From assembly GCA_049322955.1 (NCBI GenBank), contig JBMOPU010000012.1:543199-607198 (forward strand): a DNA stretch of 64,000 nt. Direction: 5' to 3'. Origin of the DNA: Patescibacteria group bacterium. GTDB lineage: Bacteria; Patescibacteriota; Microgenomatia; UBA10105; UBA927. A program made the position numbers and the translations under genes. Within the stretch, counting starts at the first letter, position 1, and every line of letters starts with the position of its first letter. The notes beneath the pieces are model-generated. The model was not told the DNA's origin and did no database searches. It saw only the letters and a list, made by a program, of their open reading frames with translations. Positions 26,682-36,513 of the stretch are shown in pieces.

Positions 26682-27377
26682 TTATTGGATGGCAAGCATT
26701 GCCTCGGTTATCTTTGTCATTTTTCCTTCGATAATATCTTCAAGATTATGCCAGCTTTTATTAATGCGGTGATCGGTAACCCGATTTTGGGGGAAATTAT
26801 AGGTGCGGATTTTTTCACTCCGCATCCCGCGTCCGATGATGGAGCGTTGTTCGCTCATTGACTGTTCTCTGGCCAAAAGCTCCCGTTCCCACAATCGTGC
26901 ACGCAACATAGACATGGCTACCTGCCTGTTTTGGTACTGGTCGCGTTCATTTTGGCACTGTACGACGATCCCGGTGGGTTTATGTCGCAGGCGTACCGCC
27001 GAACTTACTTTGTTCACATTCTGTCCGCCTTTGCCCCCTGCCCGGTAAAATTCCCATTCCACATCCTCAGGTTTGATATACACTTCGTTCTCGGGAATTT
27101 CAGGTAATACCGCAACCGTCGCGGTGGAGGTGTGAATTCTGCCGTGCCGTTCGGTGGAGGGGATCCGCTGGACACGGTGGGTACCCGCCTCATACTGCAG
27201 TTTGGTAAAAGCCGCGGTACCGCGGATACGCACGGCAAAATCATCGAGCTGTTCGGTTTTCCAGCCGACGATTGCCGCATAGCGGACGTACATACGGAGT
27301 AAATCAGCGGCCCACAGTTTCGCTTCTTCGCCGCCCGGACCTGCACGAAACTCCATGATTGCAATATCGGTGTTCAT
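26682..27377 (-). CDS. prfA: Class I peptide chain release factor, RF1-like, lacking N-terminal domain 1
   Basis: Codon-recognition domain with a PxT-type tripeptide ([19 protein letters not shown]1-like, not the SPF of RF2). GGQ motif ([14 protein letters not shown]). Domain 4 present. Only 231 aa, and an in-frame stop lies 8 codons upstream of the ATG. Confidence 0.8.
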   Translation of the reverse strand: MNTDIAIMEFRAGPGGEEAKLWAADLLRMYVRYAAIVGWKTEQLDDFAVRIRGTAAFTKLQYEAGTHRVQRIPSTERHGRIHTSTATVAVLPEIPENEVYIKPEDVEWEFYRAGGKGGQNVNKVSSAVRLRHKPTGIVVQCQNERDQYQNRQVAMSMLRARLWERELLAREQSMSEQRSIIGRGMRSEKIRTYNFPQNRVTDHRINKSWHNLEDIIEGKMTKITEAMLAIQ

Positions 27378-27459
27378 ATTATGATTAATCGGGAATCGTT
27401 ACCGGAATACACTGAAAAAAGCACACAAACAAATAACGTAACGCGTGTTTTGCGTAATC

Positions 27460-27759
27460 CTATTTCAATCCCATCAACATTTCTTTGAGGGACTTCGGTG
27501 CCACAGCAGAGGATTGCTGTTGCTTCTTTTTCTTTTTTGAGACATACGTACTTGCGGCGGCTTTCTGCTGTTTGTTCTGGAATCGCTCGACACGACCCAT
27601 CGTATCGACAAAGCGCATCTCGCCGGTAAAGAACGGATGGCATTTGCCGCAGATTTCCACCTGGATTTTGTCCTTGGTCGCTCCCACGGTAAAGGTATTG
27701 CCGCAGGCACAGGAAACAACGGCTGAGGGATACCATTTCGGATGAATGTCGGATTTCAT
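27460..27759 (-). CDS. rpmE: 50S ribosomal protein L31
   Basis: [10 protein letters not shown] ... CACGNTF ... [10 protein letters not shown] ... RVERF is the bL31 signature, including the zinc-binding Cys pairs. Confidence 0.9.
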   Translation of the reverse strand: MKSDIHPKWYPSAVVSCACGNTFTVGATKDKIQVEICGKCHPFFTGEMRFVDTMGRVERFQNKQQKAAASTYVSKKKKKQQQSSAVAPKSLKEMLMGLK

Positions 27760-27807
27760 AGAAGACTATTATAGCAAACAATTTGTATTCCGTACAGAGT
27801 GGGGTAT

Positions 27808-28233
27808 TTAGGGGTTGTCAGGGTCAAATTCGTCATACTTTGCCAGTTTGGCTTGGAGCCGCAGGGATTCCAGTCTCGAGATGGGCTTTCTGCGGCCGTA
27901 AATGGGGTTATTGACGTTGGGATTGTCGTCCTTATCCCGCCATTCCATGTAGTAATCCATGACGTGTTTGCCCTTAACCCGTTGCAGGGCCACAATCGGC
28001 ACCAGTCGGTACTCCGACGTTATATCAATGCCTCCTGATCTTTCGATAGCCTGCTTCCGCCGTAGGGTTAACTCCATCTCCATAAAATCGGGCGTAAGTT
28101 CGGGAAAAAGCCGGTCCGCTTCCGCTAGCTTACGGAGGTTATATACGCCTAAAATACTTGCGGCGACATCTGGGCGTTCCGACCGGGGTGAGGTAAAGCG
28201 TTTTCGCAGTCCGTCAATGAATCCTTCTCCCAT
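27808..28233 (-). CDS. Hypothetical protein
   Basis: Complete 141-aa ORF in a gene-sized gap; no recognisable motif. Confidence 0.3.
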   Translation of the reverse strand: MGEGFIDGLRKRFTSPRSERPDVAASILGVYNLRKLAEADRLFPELTPDFMEMELTLRRKQAIERSGGIDITSEYRLVPIVALQRVKGKHVMDYYMEWRDKDDNPNVNNPIYGRRKPISRLESLRLQAKLAKYDEFDPDNP

Positions 28234-28258
28234 AGCAAAGGTATTGTAGTATACCTCG

Positions 28259-29179
28259 TTATCTTTTGCGAAATCTTATTCCTTTCGATTCCGCCACCAT
28301 GACACCGATGGCGATAATGATGCCGCCCAAGACATAAGAGGGGGTAATAGTTTCCTTAAGCCATACGACGGCAAGGATAGCCGCCCACAACGGCTGGAGA
28401 TAAACGTAGAGTGCCGATTCGGACACTTCAATGGTTTTGACCGCGATGTTCCGTATGGTATAGGCGATGGTGCCCGAAAACAGCGCCATATACAGCACTC
28501 CGAGATGCGCTTCAAACGGTGCGGTAAAAAGCGTGGTAAAAACAAGATCTGGTGATTTGCGGAGAAACAGTATCGGTAAAAAGAGGGCAAATCCTACGAT
28601 AAACTGTGTTTGGGCGACCAGGGAGGGAGCAATACCTTTTTTCATCGCTTCTTTGCTCAATAACGCGCCGATGATATCCACGATCACTGCAAGAAGCATA
28701 AGTCCGTTGCCTTCAAGTTTTCCCAGAGAGTCGCTATGTCCGTTGAGGATGAGGGGACCAATCACGGTTAAGAGAGTTCCCGTTATGGCGATGGCGATGC
28801 CGAGTTTCTCATTGAAGCGTATCTTGTCGCGGAAAAAAAGCACACCGCCCAAGACAAGAAACAAGGGACCTGCGGCGGTAATAAGACTCCCCGAGAGAGC
28901 CGTCGTCTTGTCGAGCGCTTCAAAAAATAAAAAGAGGGATAGCGGAGCGGATACAAATCCCGTGAGCAGGGTGAACCAGATATGCGACGGTTTTTTGGGG
29001 AATTTGACGCGGGAAAGGGAAAGCGCGGGGAACGCGATAAGCGTGCTCAGGAAAAAACGATACGTCAGAAATAACCAGGGATCAAACCACGTCAGCGTAT
29101 GTTTGACGACAGGGCTCGCGGCTCCCCACATCAGTGAAACTAAAAGAAGATACAACGCGGCGGTAGTCCGTGTATTCAT
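28259..29179 (-). CDS. EamA/DMT-superfamily transporter
   Basis: Ten TM helices in two EamA-like repeats. Start set at MNTRTTAALYLLLVSLMWGAASPV. Confidence 0.7.
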   Translation of the reverse strand: MNTRTTAALYLLLVSLMWGAASPVVKHTLTWFDPWLFLTYRFFLSTLIAFPALSLSRVKFPKKPSHIWFTLLTGFVSAPLSLFLFFEALDKTTALSGSLITAAGPLFLVLGGVLFFRDKIRFNEKLGIAIAITGTLLTVIGPLILNGHSDSLGKLEGNGLMLLAVIVDIIGALLSKEAMKKGIAPSLVAQTQFIVGFALFLPILFLRKSPDLVFTTLFTAPFEAHLGVLYMALFSGTIAYTIRNIAVKTIEVSESALYVYLQPLWAAILAVVWLKETITPSYVLGGIIIAIGVMVAESKGIRFRKR

Positions 29180-29201
29180 GGGCAGTATATGTACAATAAA
29201 A

Positions 29202-30413
29202 TCAGTCGATACCGAACAGGGACGGAAGATCGGCAAGCGATATTTCCTTTTGTTCTTTTGTGCGCATATTTTTCATCATTACGGTATTTTTTCCCTGTTC
29301 TTCGCTTCCGGCGATGACGACAAACGGAATGGCGTTTTTATCCGCATATTTCAACTGTTTTTCCAGTTTGTCGGCGGTAGGATAAAGGTCAGCGCCAACC
29401 TGCTTTTCGCGCAATACCTTGGCGATCCGTTGGGAATAGGCGCGCTCATTTTCGGAAAATACCGTAACCAGGACTTGCCCTGCCGTGGTGAGATTCGGAA
29501 CGAGACCCATGATTTCGGCAGCCTCCAGCGTTCGGTCAAAGCCGACGGCAAACCCGGTGCCCCCGATATCTCGCCCCGCGAATTTTGCGAGTAACCCGTC
29601 GTACCGCTCGCCGCCCAACACCGACATGTTATATCCGGCATCGGGAATTTCCACTTCCCATATGGGTCCCATGGAATATGAAAACGAGCGCGCAATCGTG
29701 GGATCGAATGCGTACCAATCCTCGGAAAAGCCGTAATTTTTAAGGTAGGAGAGAATAAACGAAAGTTCCTCGTTCGGTTTCAGATTTTTTACATACAAGA
29801 GGTATTCCTTGGCTTTATCAAGCGTTATCCCTTTTTTCTCCATTTCCGCCAGCACGCCGTCGTCGCCGATTTTTTTTATTTTGTCGATGGAAACGATTGC
29901 CTCATACGGCATGTCCTTAAACAGAGCGCGTGAGTTCATGCGAACCAACGCGTTTTTAAAGCCCAACTGCCGATAGATATCCAACGAAAGTGCTATTACT
30001 TCCGCATCCGCGTCGGGCGTTTTTATGCCGAAGATATCGGCATCCGCCTGGGTAAATTCGCGATATCTGCCTTTTTGCGGCTTTTCCGCCCGGAATGCTG
30101 GCTGTATCTGATACCGCTTGAAGGGGAAAGCAAGTTGATTCTGATACTGTGCAATTACCCTGCACGTCGGGACGGTTTGATCGTAGCGGAGTGCTACATC
30201 ACGTTCTCCCTGATCCTTGAACTTAAAAAACAGTTTTTCGTCTTCGCCGATGGCTCCCACAAATATCTCAAGCGGCTCAAGCGTCGGTGTTTCGAGCGGG
30301 GCAAATCCCCAGGAAGTAAAAATTCCGGAAAGTTTGTCGCGTAACCATTTACGTTTTGCGGCCTCGGCGGGCAAGAAATCCCGAAATCCCTTTAGCGGTA
30401 AAATTGTGTTCAT
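29202..30413 (-). CDS. hisS: Histidyl-tRNA synthetase
   Basis: Class II motifs: motif 1-2 region (LRYDQTVPTCR, FKRYQIQPAFRAEKPQKGRYREFTQADADIFG), motif 3 (GGERYDGL), C-terminal anticodon-binding domain. Confidence 0.9.
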   Translation of the reverse strand: MNTILPLKGFRDFLPAEAAKRKWLRDKLSGIFTSWGFAPLETPTLEPLEIFVGAIGEDEKLFFKFKDQGERDVALRYDQTVPTCRVIAQYQNQLAFPFKRYQIQPAFRAEKPQKGRYREFTQADADIFGIKTPDADAEVIALSLDIYRQLGFKNALVRMNSRALFKDMPYEAIVSIDKIKKIGDDGVLAEMEKKGITLDKAKEYLLYVKNLKPNEELSFILSYLKNYGFSEDWYAFDPTIARSFSYSMGPIWEVEIPDAGYNMSVLGGERYDGLLAKFAGRDIGGTGFAVGFDRTLEAAEIMGLVPNLTTAGQVLVTVFSENERAYSQRIAKVLREKQVGADLYPTADKLEKQLKYADKNAIPFVVIAGSEEQGKNTVMMKNMRTKEQKEISLADLPSLFGID

Positions 30414-31447
30414 AAAACCTCCTTAGATGGTAACAAGTTATATTGGGTTACACAAGCGAGTGCCTCGTCTAATTTTTGGAGAAATAACCTGTTCGTTTGT
30501 CTATCTTTTAGGGATATTCTGAACCCGGGAATTTTGTTTCCCGGGAAAAATGTTCCGTCGATAACACTCACGCCGTTTTGCTCGAGTGCCTTAACCACCG
30601 CGGCATTATCACTCCGTGATACAAACAGGTTATTGGTCACGGAAGGGGATACCGAAAACCCCCGTTTGGTGAGTGCCTTGGTGAGGAAGGCTCGCTCCTC
30701 GGCGACAAACCGCCGTGTTTTTCGGATAAACTCATCATCCGCAAGCGCCGCTCCCGCGGCCGCAAGTGCAGGTGCAGTAAGAGGAAACGGCTGGATATAT
30801 TCATTCATTGTTTCAATAAGATCGGCATTGCCAAATGCAATGCCGATACGAAGCCCCGCAAGTCCAAAGGCTTTTGAAAACGTGCGTAGAATAATGAGAT
30901 TTTTGCGGGTACGTAGGCGGGTGATCATTGTGCCGCTACGGAACTCCGCATTGGCTTCATCAATAACGGCTATTTTCGGATCAATCGCATCAATCGTTGC
31001 GCAGAGTGCCTCATCGCTACGGTCTATGCCGCCGGGAGTAGTGGGATTGGCGATAAATAAGATGGCGGGACGTTGCTTCATTTTTTTGACCGAGCCGACG
31101 GTGATAAATCGGATACGTCCGCCGGAAATCAACGGTTCTTTTGAAAAAAGAAAAAACGATCCTTCCTCAACCGCCGCGATTTCACCTTTTCGGACAAATG
31201 CCTGACTTACCAGCTTTATAAGCATTTCCGAGCCGTTTCCCAGGAGGATATTATCCTCGGAGACGTTAAATTTTTGGGCAATGCTTCCGGTGAGTATTTC
31301 TGCATCAGGGTAGAGGCTCACCGCTTCCCGGGTACTTTTTCTGACTGCTTGGAGCGCACGGGGAGAACACCCGAGCGGATTCACGCTTAGAGTCATATCA
31401 ATGCTTTGTTTACGGACGCTTTTTGCGTATGCTTTCGGTAATTTCAT
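30410..31447 (-). CDS. Class I/II aminotransferase, histidinol-phosphate aminotransferase family (HisC/CobD-like)
   Basis: PLP lysine motif RTFSKAFGLAGLRIG, N-terminal SVNPLG region. Start set at MKLPKAY, downstream of a terminator hairpin that the ORF-track start would include. Stop overlaps the hisS start (4 nt). Confidence 0.65.
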   Translation of the reverse strand: MKLPKAYAKSVRKQSIDMTLSVNPLGCSPRALQAVRKSTREAVSLYPDAEILTGSIAQKFNVSEDNILLGNGSEMLIKLVSQAFVRKGEIAAVEEGSFFLFSKEPLISGGRIRFITVGSVKKMKQRPAILFIANPTTPGGIDRSDEALCATIDAIDPKIAVIDEANAEFRSGTMITRLRTRKNLIILRTFSKAFGLAGLRIGIAFGNADLIETMNEYIQPFPLTAPALAAAGAALADDEFIRKTRRFVAEERAFLTKALTKRGFSVSPSVTNNLFVSRSDNAAVVKALEQNGVSVIDGTFFPGNKIPGFRISLKDRQTNRLFLQKLDEALACVTQYNLLPSKEVL

Positions 31448-31473
31448 CGTGCTCCTTTCTGAGTTTGTACCAT

Positions 31474-31496
31474 AAAAAAACCCGCCGGCCGGCGGG
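31474..31496 (-). terminator. Rho-independent terminator (minus strand): perfect 16-nt GC palindrome CCCGCCGGCCGGCGGG followed by U7
   Basis: Read directly: AAAAAAA-CCCGCCGGCCGGCGGG on the plus strand, which is hairpin plus U7 on the minus strand. Sits 130 nt downstream of the aminopeptidase stop. Confidence 0.75.
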
Positions 31497-31625
31497 TCAT
31501 GCGGTGCAATGGAATGCTTTATCGCACGAAATACCCGCCCAAACAACGGTGGGTATGATACCAAGCAGTAATTCGTGCAATCTTCATATGTCCTGTAGTA
31601 TATGGAATGACAATGCGGGTGTCAA

Positions 31626-32723
31626 CTAGACAATCAGTAGCTCCTTAGCGCTGTGGGAGAGGACGGTTATTCCATGATGGGTAAGGAGTACGAGATCTTC
31701 TATGCGGATACCGAATTCTCCCGTAATATAGGTTCCGGGTTCAACGGTGACCACCATGTCGGGCTCAAGCAACGCGGATCGTGCGACGGTAAGACGGGGA
31801 GACTCATGAACTTCAAGACCCACCCCGTGGCCTAAACTATGCGGGTATACGGGAAAGTTTGCTTCGGCGATCACCTCGCGGGCGCCCGCATCAAGGGTGG
31901 CGCCGTTTCGTTCACCGTCTGCAAGAAGTGTAAGCGCTTTTTGATTTGCGGCAAGCACGGCCGTATAGGCGGCGAGCCATTCTGGCTTTGGTGTCCCGAC
32001 AAACACCATTCGGGTCATATCGGCCGCGTATCCCTCGACTTTCGCCCCAAAATCCAAAAGGATGAGGTCCTGTTCCCTGAGTTTCGTTTGGGATATATGG
32101 CTTACACCGTAATGGGGAAGTGCGGTATTCTTGCCGAACGCTACGATGGGAGCAAATGCATTCTCCGCCCCGTGATGCCGGAAAAATGACTCGATGTGTG
32201 AAACGAGCGTCGCTTCGGTGACTCCGGGCCGTACCGCGCGAATAATCTCTGCAAAGCAGGCATCGGTAAGTTCGGCGGCCGAGCGGATCAGTGCCGTCTC
32301 ATCATCACGTTTATGGATTCGAAGCGATTCTGCCCGGTCACCGGCGGGAACAAACGTCACGTCGGGTATTTTGTCGCGAAATCGCTCCAACTCATAGACG
32401 GTACAATTTTTTTCCTCAATGCCGATGCGCGTGAGGGAACAAGACTCGGCCACTGTTTTCAATGCTGTTACAATCGGCAAATCCTTCCCAAGAAAGACGA
32501 GTGAAAGCGGAACGCCGGTTGCGGATAGCGGTTGTTTTTTAACCAGCGCCTCCGCCGCTTCCCGATAGAGTCCGTATGTAAAAAGATGCACGGCATTATT
32601 TGTTACCAATACAAAGGACTCCCGTTCCGTCGGCGCCGCGCCGATAAATCCGGTAAGGTACCTGATATTTGTAGGATTGGTGACGAAAAGACCGTCTATT
32701 CCGTCGAGTAATACTGCGAGCAT
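31626..32723 (-). CDS. Xaa-Pro aminopeptidase / M24B-family metallopeptidase
   Basis: Pita-bread fold metal ligands (DFGAKVEGYAADMTR, HSLGHGVGLEVHE, TVEPG ... EDLVLLT). Start set at MLAVLLDGIDGLFVTNP; the upstream 91 codons of the ORF-track version are Arg-rich junk. Confidence 0.85.
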   Translation of the reverse strand: MLAVLLDGIDGLFVTNPTNIRYLTGFIGAAPTERESFVLVTNNAVHLFTYGLYREAAEALVKKQPLSATGVPLSLVFLGKDLPIVTALKTVAESCSLTRIGIEEKNCTVYELERFRDKIPDVTFVPAGDRAESLRIHKRDDETALIRSAAELTDACFAEIIRAVRPGVTEATLVSHIESFFRHHGAENAFAPIVAFGKNTALPHYGVSHISQTKLREQDLILLDFGAKVEGYAADMTRMVFVGTPKPEWLAAYTAVLAANQKALTLLADGERNGATLDAGAREVIAEANFPVYPHSLGHGVGLEVHESPRLTVARSALLEPDMVVTVEPGTYITGEFGIRIEDLVLLTHHGITVLSHSAKELLIV

Positions 32724-32755
32724 GCGGCTATTATACCCTAACGACGCGTGCAATT

Positions 32756-33559
32756 TTACGGAGTCGGTGTGGCGGTGGGTCGGGGAGTTGATCGCGGCGT
32801 CGCAGAAGCGGAGGCGACGGGCGTAACGAGCGACGTCGGTGTTGCCGCGGCTCCGGTGATATTGCCCAGATCGAGAATGCGACTGGCACTGTAACTGTTT
32901 TCCTTTTTTGCGACGGGAGTTGCCGTAATGTGGACGGTATCTCCCACGGCGATTTTCGAAAAACCGCCCTTCGCAAGTCCCCCCGCTTTGGTCCACATGG
33001 TTGTTTTGGTCGCTTTTTCAATGTCTACCGTGAGGATTCTTCCTTCGCTGGTGTTTATCGTCAGGACGAAATCTTCAGTATCGACATCGACGACAATGCC
33101 GGTGAGTCGGGTAATCGTGCTGGTACTTTCGATGAAAATATATTGGGCCTTCAAAAGATCCAGCGTTTCGTCATAAGTGCCGAACACCGTTACGACGTCT
33201 TTCGGCTCGATTTTATCGACGGCTAGCGGCGTCCGTTTGCCGGCAATCATTTGGGTGACCGTCACGTCATCGGTAAGCTCTATTTTTATATCCTTTGTCT
33301 TGGTTTCGATAGTTGCCGACGTGACTGACACGGATTTTACGGTACCGCTCATTGCCCGTTTGACGACGGTACGAAGCTCGGCCACTTTTGTCGCAAGCCT
33401 TGCCTTGAGTTCTTCCATCTGTGCACTGCCGGAAGCGGTTGCACCGGTGGGTCTGGGGGTGGCGGCCTGAGTGCTTTCCTGTGCCGTGACGAAGGAAAAC
33501 GGTGAGGCAAGGAATAAAATGATCACGAGTGCGATGGACATGGTCGTATAGCGTTTCAT
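32756..33559 (-). CDS. Secreted hypothetical protein (signal peptide, coiled-coil segment, beta-rich domain, Pro/Thr-rich C-terminal tail)
   Basis: Start set at MKRYTTMSIALVIILFLASPFSFVTAQ. C-terminus TPRSTPRPTATPTP. Confidence 0.45.
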   Translation of the reverse strand: MKRYTTMSIALVIILFLASPFSFVTAQESTQAATPRPTGATASGSAQMEELKARLATKVAELRTVVKRAMSGTVKSVSVTSATIETKTKDIKIELTDDVTVTQMIAGKRTPLAVDKIEPKDVVTVFGTYDETLDLLKAQYIFIESTSTITRLTGIVVDVDTEDFVLTINTSEGRILTVDIEKATKTTMWTKAGGLAKGGFSKIAVGDTVHITATPVAKKENSYSASRILDLGNITGAAATPTSLVTPVASASATPRSTPRPTATPTP

Positions 33560-33563
33560 AAGA

Positions 33564-34016
33564 TTAAAAATCTTCCGGCGTATAATATACCGTAACGGTT
33601 TGTACCTGTACTTTGTTCCCCGCATGACTGGTTACGATAATCTCGTTCTTTCCTTCGGAGAGGCTGATTTTTCCGGCATACGATCCCTGTGCATTGGCTA
33701 CCGCTACCGTCTCGGTACCGTCGGTTTCAATGACGACAATAGATTCCGGAGCAACGGAGCCCGAAACCAGTGTTTCATTCTTGGGCTCGATCGCTTCAGG
33801 GAGAGGACTTTGAATGGTAAGACCTTCACCCGGTTTCGGGGTGGGGGTGGGTTTCGGATTATTTTTCTGCGTAAATCTTGCGGTAAGCGCTGAAAGATTC
33901 GGCAGTTTTATCGAGGGGAAATTTTTGATAAGTGACGGACCCAGAAATACCGCGGCGGCAATAATAAGGCCGACACCGAATCCTATTATAGTTGCAAGTA
34001 ACGCATCTTTATTCAT
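33564..34016 (-). CDS. Membrane-anchored hypothetical protein with Pro-rich linker and Ig-like beta domain
   Basis: N-terminal TM helix (ATIIGFGVGLIIAAAVFLG), linker PKPTPTPKPGEG, beta-rich C-terminal domain. Stop lies 4 nt from the next gene. Confidence 0.4.
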   Translation of the reverse strand: MNKDALLATIIGFGVGLIIAAAVFLGPSLIKNFPSIKLPNLSALTARFTQKNNPKPTPTPKPGEGLTIQSPLPEAIEPKNETLVSGSVAPESIVVIETDGTETVAVANAQGSYAGKISLSEGKNEIIVTSHAGNKVQVQTVTVYYTPEDF

Positions 34017-34158
34017 AACGGTGTTTCACCAGGAAACAAGAGAAAAAACCGGCGGTCAACTACTTGAAATAACTACACAGAGGCAGGAAAATCCCAAAGC
34101 TTATAGCAAAGGGATATGTTGCTTAGGATACTTAAATCTGATATAAAATGCAACTACT

Positions 34159-34785
34159 ATGGAAATACTCCCGCTGGGTCACTCATCGTTCCGTCTTCGA
34201 GGAAAAAATGCAACCGTCGTTACTGATCCGTTTGACGGGAAGGATATGGCGGTCAAGTTCCCCAAACATATTGAAGCGGATGTATTGACGATCTCTCATG
34301 ATCATCCCGACCATAATGCGGCAAGTCTTGTTGGCGGCAACCCCTTTGTGATCCGGGGACCGGGAGAATACGAAATAAAAGGCGTTGCGGTAATCGGCGT
34401 TTCGACGTTTCACGACGCGAATGAGGGCACCGAGCGCGGAAGAAACACGGTCTATCGGATTGAAATCGATAACGTCAAGATCGCGCATCTGGGTGATCTC
34501 GGGCATGTGTTGAGTTCCGCCCAGCTTGAAATGCTTGACGGTATTGATATTCTCATGGTTCCGGTGGGCGGGCTCTACACGATCGATGCCGAAAAAGCGT
34601 CGCAGGTTATTGCCGATATCGAACCGCGTATCGTGATTCCGATGCATGACAGTCGCTCAAACCCGAATCTTGCCCCCGTTGCGGCATTCTTAAAGCAAAT
34701 GAACAAGGAAGTCACTCCCGTGCCGAAGTTAACCGTCAGTCGCGACAAACTCCCGCAAGAGATGCAGATTGTCGTCCTGGAATAA
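34159..34785 (+). CDS. Metallo-beta-lactamase-fold hydrolase (UPF0173-like)
   Basis: HxHxDH motif (SHDHPDHN) and downstream His/Asp ligands (HLGDLGH, PMHD). Confidence 0.65.
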   Translation: MEILPLGHSSFRLRGKNATVVTDPFDGKDMAVKFPKHIEADVLTISHDHPDHNAASLVGGNPFVIRGPGEYEIKGVAVIGVSTFHDANEGTERGRNTVYRIEIDNVKIAHLGDLGHVLSSAQLEMLDGIDILMVPVGGLYTIDAEKASQVIADIEPRIVIPMHDSRSNPNLAPVAAFLKQMNKEVTPVPKLTVSRDKLPQEMQIVVLE

Positions 34786-34786
34786 C

Positions 34787-36139
34787 ATGGCAAACCCCAA
34801 AGTTCCTCCGCATGATGAAGTTGCCGAACAATCGGTATTAGGCGCTATTCTTATCGACAAAGACGCCATGGTGGATGTTGCCGAGTTTTTGCGTCCCGGA
34901 CATTTTTATAAGGACGCCAACGCGATGGTGTATGAAGCCATGATGGAGCTGTATGAACAGCATGATCCCATCGATGTCGTGACGGTGAGTGCACAGCTTA
35001 AAAAAAACGGCAACAGCAAAACCGTCCCCGCTTCTTATGTGTCGGATTTAGTGAACGTCGTGCCCACGAGCGCACATGCAGAGCAATATGCCAGGATAAT
35101 TTCGGAAAACGCGACAAAACGACGGTTAGTTGATGCCGCGGCAAAAATCACCGAGATGGCCTTCCGGGAGGAGGGAGCCGCCAATTCGATCGTCGATGAG
35201 GCGGAATCGGAAATTTTTGCGATTTCCCAATCCGCCATCAGACGGGACTTCATGCCGATTAAAGATGCGCTTGCGGCTTCGTTTGACCGCTTGGATGAAC
35301 TGCATAAACGGGCGGGAGGGCTCAGGGGCGTTCCTACCGGATTTGTGGAACTCGATAACAAGCTCGCGGGTATGCAGGACGCGAACCTTATCATCTTAGC
35401 CGCGCGTCCCGGAACGGGAAAAACGGCGATGATCCTTAATATGGCGCAACACGTGACCGTCAAGGAGAAAATCCCCACGGGTATTTTTTCCCTTGAAATG
35501 AGTAAGGAGGAATTAGTGGATCGGTTGTTGGTGTCGCAGGCGGATATTGAAGCCTGGAAACTGAAAACCGGCAAACTGACCGATGACGATTTCACCAAAC
35601 TTTCCGATGCAATGGGAGAGCTTGCGGAAGCGCCTCTTTTTATCGATGACACGCCGGGAATGAATATTATCGAGATGCGCACGAAAGCACGGCGTCTCCA
35701 GGTGGAACACGGGGTAAAACTTATCATGGTCGATTACCTTCAGTTATGCGATCCCGGGAGAAAGTTTGATAACCGCGTTCAGGAAGTTTCCATCATCTCG
35801 CAAAGTCTTAAAAACCTTGCCCGCGAACTCAGAATTCCCGTGCTTGCGTGTTCACAGTTGTCCCGCGCGGTGGAAACAAGAGGAACGAGAGTGCCCGAAC
35901 TTTCAGATCTTCGTGAATCAGGTTCTATCGAACAGGATGCCGACGTTGTTATGTTTCTATACCGTGAAGATGCCGATCAGGCGATGTGGGGAGATCAGAT
36001 CCAGACGAAACTCCGTATCGCCAAACACCGAAATGGCGCATTGGGCGAAATCGATCTTATCTTCCGGGGAGACAGAATCCGGTTCTATTCAGTTGATCGC
36101 AAACACACGGAAGCCGCTCCTCCTCCCGCGGCACACTAA
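34787..36139 (+). CDS. dnaB: Replicative DNA helicase DnaB
   Basis: N-terminal domain (PPHDEVAEQSVLGAIL), Walker A GARPGTGKT, Walker B LIMVDYLQL, RecA-like C-terminal domain. About 450 aa, so no intein. ATG at 34787; the ORF-track start is TTG. Confidence 0.93.
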   Translation: MANPKVPPHDEVAEQSVLGAILIDKDAMVDVAEFLRPGHFYKDANAMVYEAMMELYEQHDPIDVVTVSAQLKKNGNSKTVPASYVSDLVNVVPTSAHAEQYARIISENATKRRLVDAAAKITEMAFREEGAANSIVDEAESEIFAISQSAIRRDFMPIKDALAASFDRLDELHKRAGGLRGVPTGFVELDNKLAGMQDANLIILAARPGTGKTAMILNMAQHVTVKEKIPTGIFSLEMSKEELVDRLLVSQADIEAWKLKTGKLTDDDFTKLSDAMGELAEAPLFIDDTPGMNIIEMRTKARRLQVEHGVKLIMVDYLQLCDPGRKFDNRVQEVSIISQSLKNLARELRIPVLACSQLSRAVETRGTRVPELSDLRESGSIEQDADVVMFLYREDADQAMWGDQIQTKLRIAKHRNGALGEIDLIFRGDRIRFYSVDRKHTEAAPPPAAH

Positions 36140-36142
36140 TCT

Positions 36143-36433
36143 ATGAAAGAAGTTGAAAGTGAAGGACTTCGTATTAAAGACCTTCGCAGACAGCCGAACG
36201 GTTCGTCATTGGAAACCTGGGAGATTTTATCGGTTCCTACCGGTCGAGGAAAGCGTCCGTTTCGGACACTCGTTTTGTTAGGAGATGTGGATGCCGCCGT
36301 ACAACACGCAAAGTTTGTATCGGAAACCAAACGCCCTATGGATCTTACCCGAGCAAGACTCCTCACCATATCGTATGACGAGGCAAAAAAGTGGGGTCTG
36401 GTTGCGGGAGTTTCGGTAATAGAATCTTCCTAG
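36143..36433 (+). CDS. Hypothetical protein
   Basis: Complete 96-aa ORF starting 4 nt after the dnaB stop; no recognisable motif. Confidence 0.3.
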   Translation: MKEVESEGLRIKDLRRQPNGSSLETWEILSVPTGRGKRPFRTLVLLGDVDAAVQHAKFVSETKRPMDLTRARLLTISYDEAKKWGLVAGVSVIESS

Positions 36434-36513
36434 GTACCCTTGGTATAATAGACTTCTTGCCGAGGTGGCCCCTCAAAGCCACTGGGGCAACAGCATGTTA
36501 ATAAACGAATATT

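Noticed and set aside
26682-27460. Programmed +1 frameshift (as in prfB) or sequencing frameshift supplying the missing RF N-terminus
   Set aside because: The motif is RF1-type (PST/PxT), not RF2. Only 82 nt lie between rpmE and the ATG, so no reading frame could hold a ~100-aa domain.
31448-31564. N-terminal 39 codons of ORF 30410..31564
   Set aside because: They translate the GC-palindrome terminator (PPAGGFFYG). The start was moved to MKLPK at 31447.
32724-32996. N-terminal 91 codons of ORF 31626..32996 (Arg/His-rich)
   Set aside because: No similarity to M24 peptidase N-termini, and it overlaps the upstream gene. The canonical start MLAVLLDG at 32723 was used.
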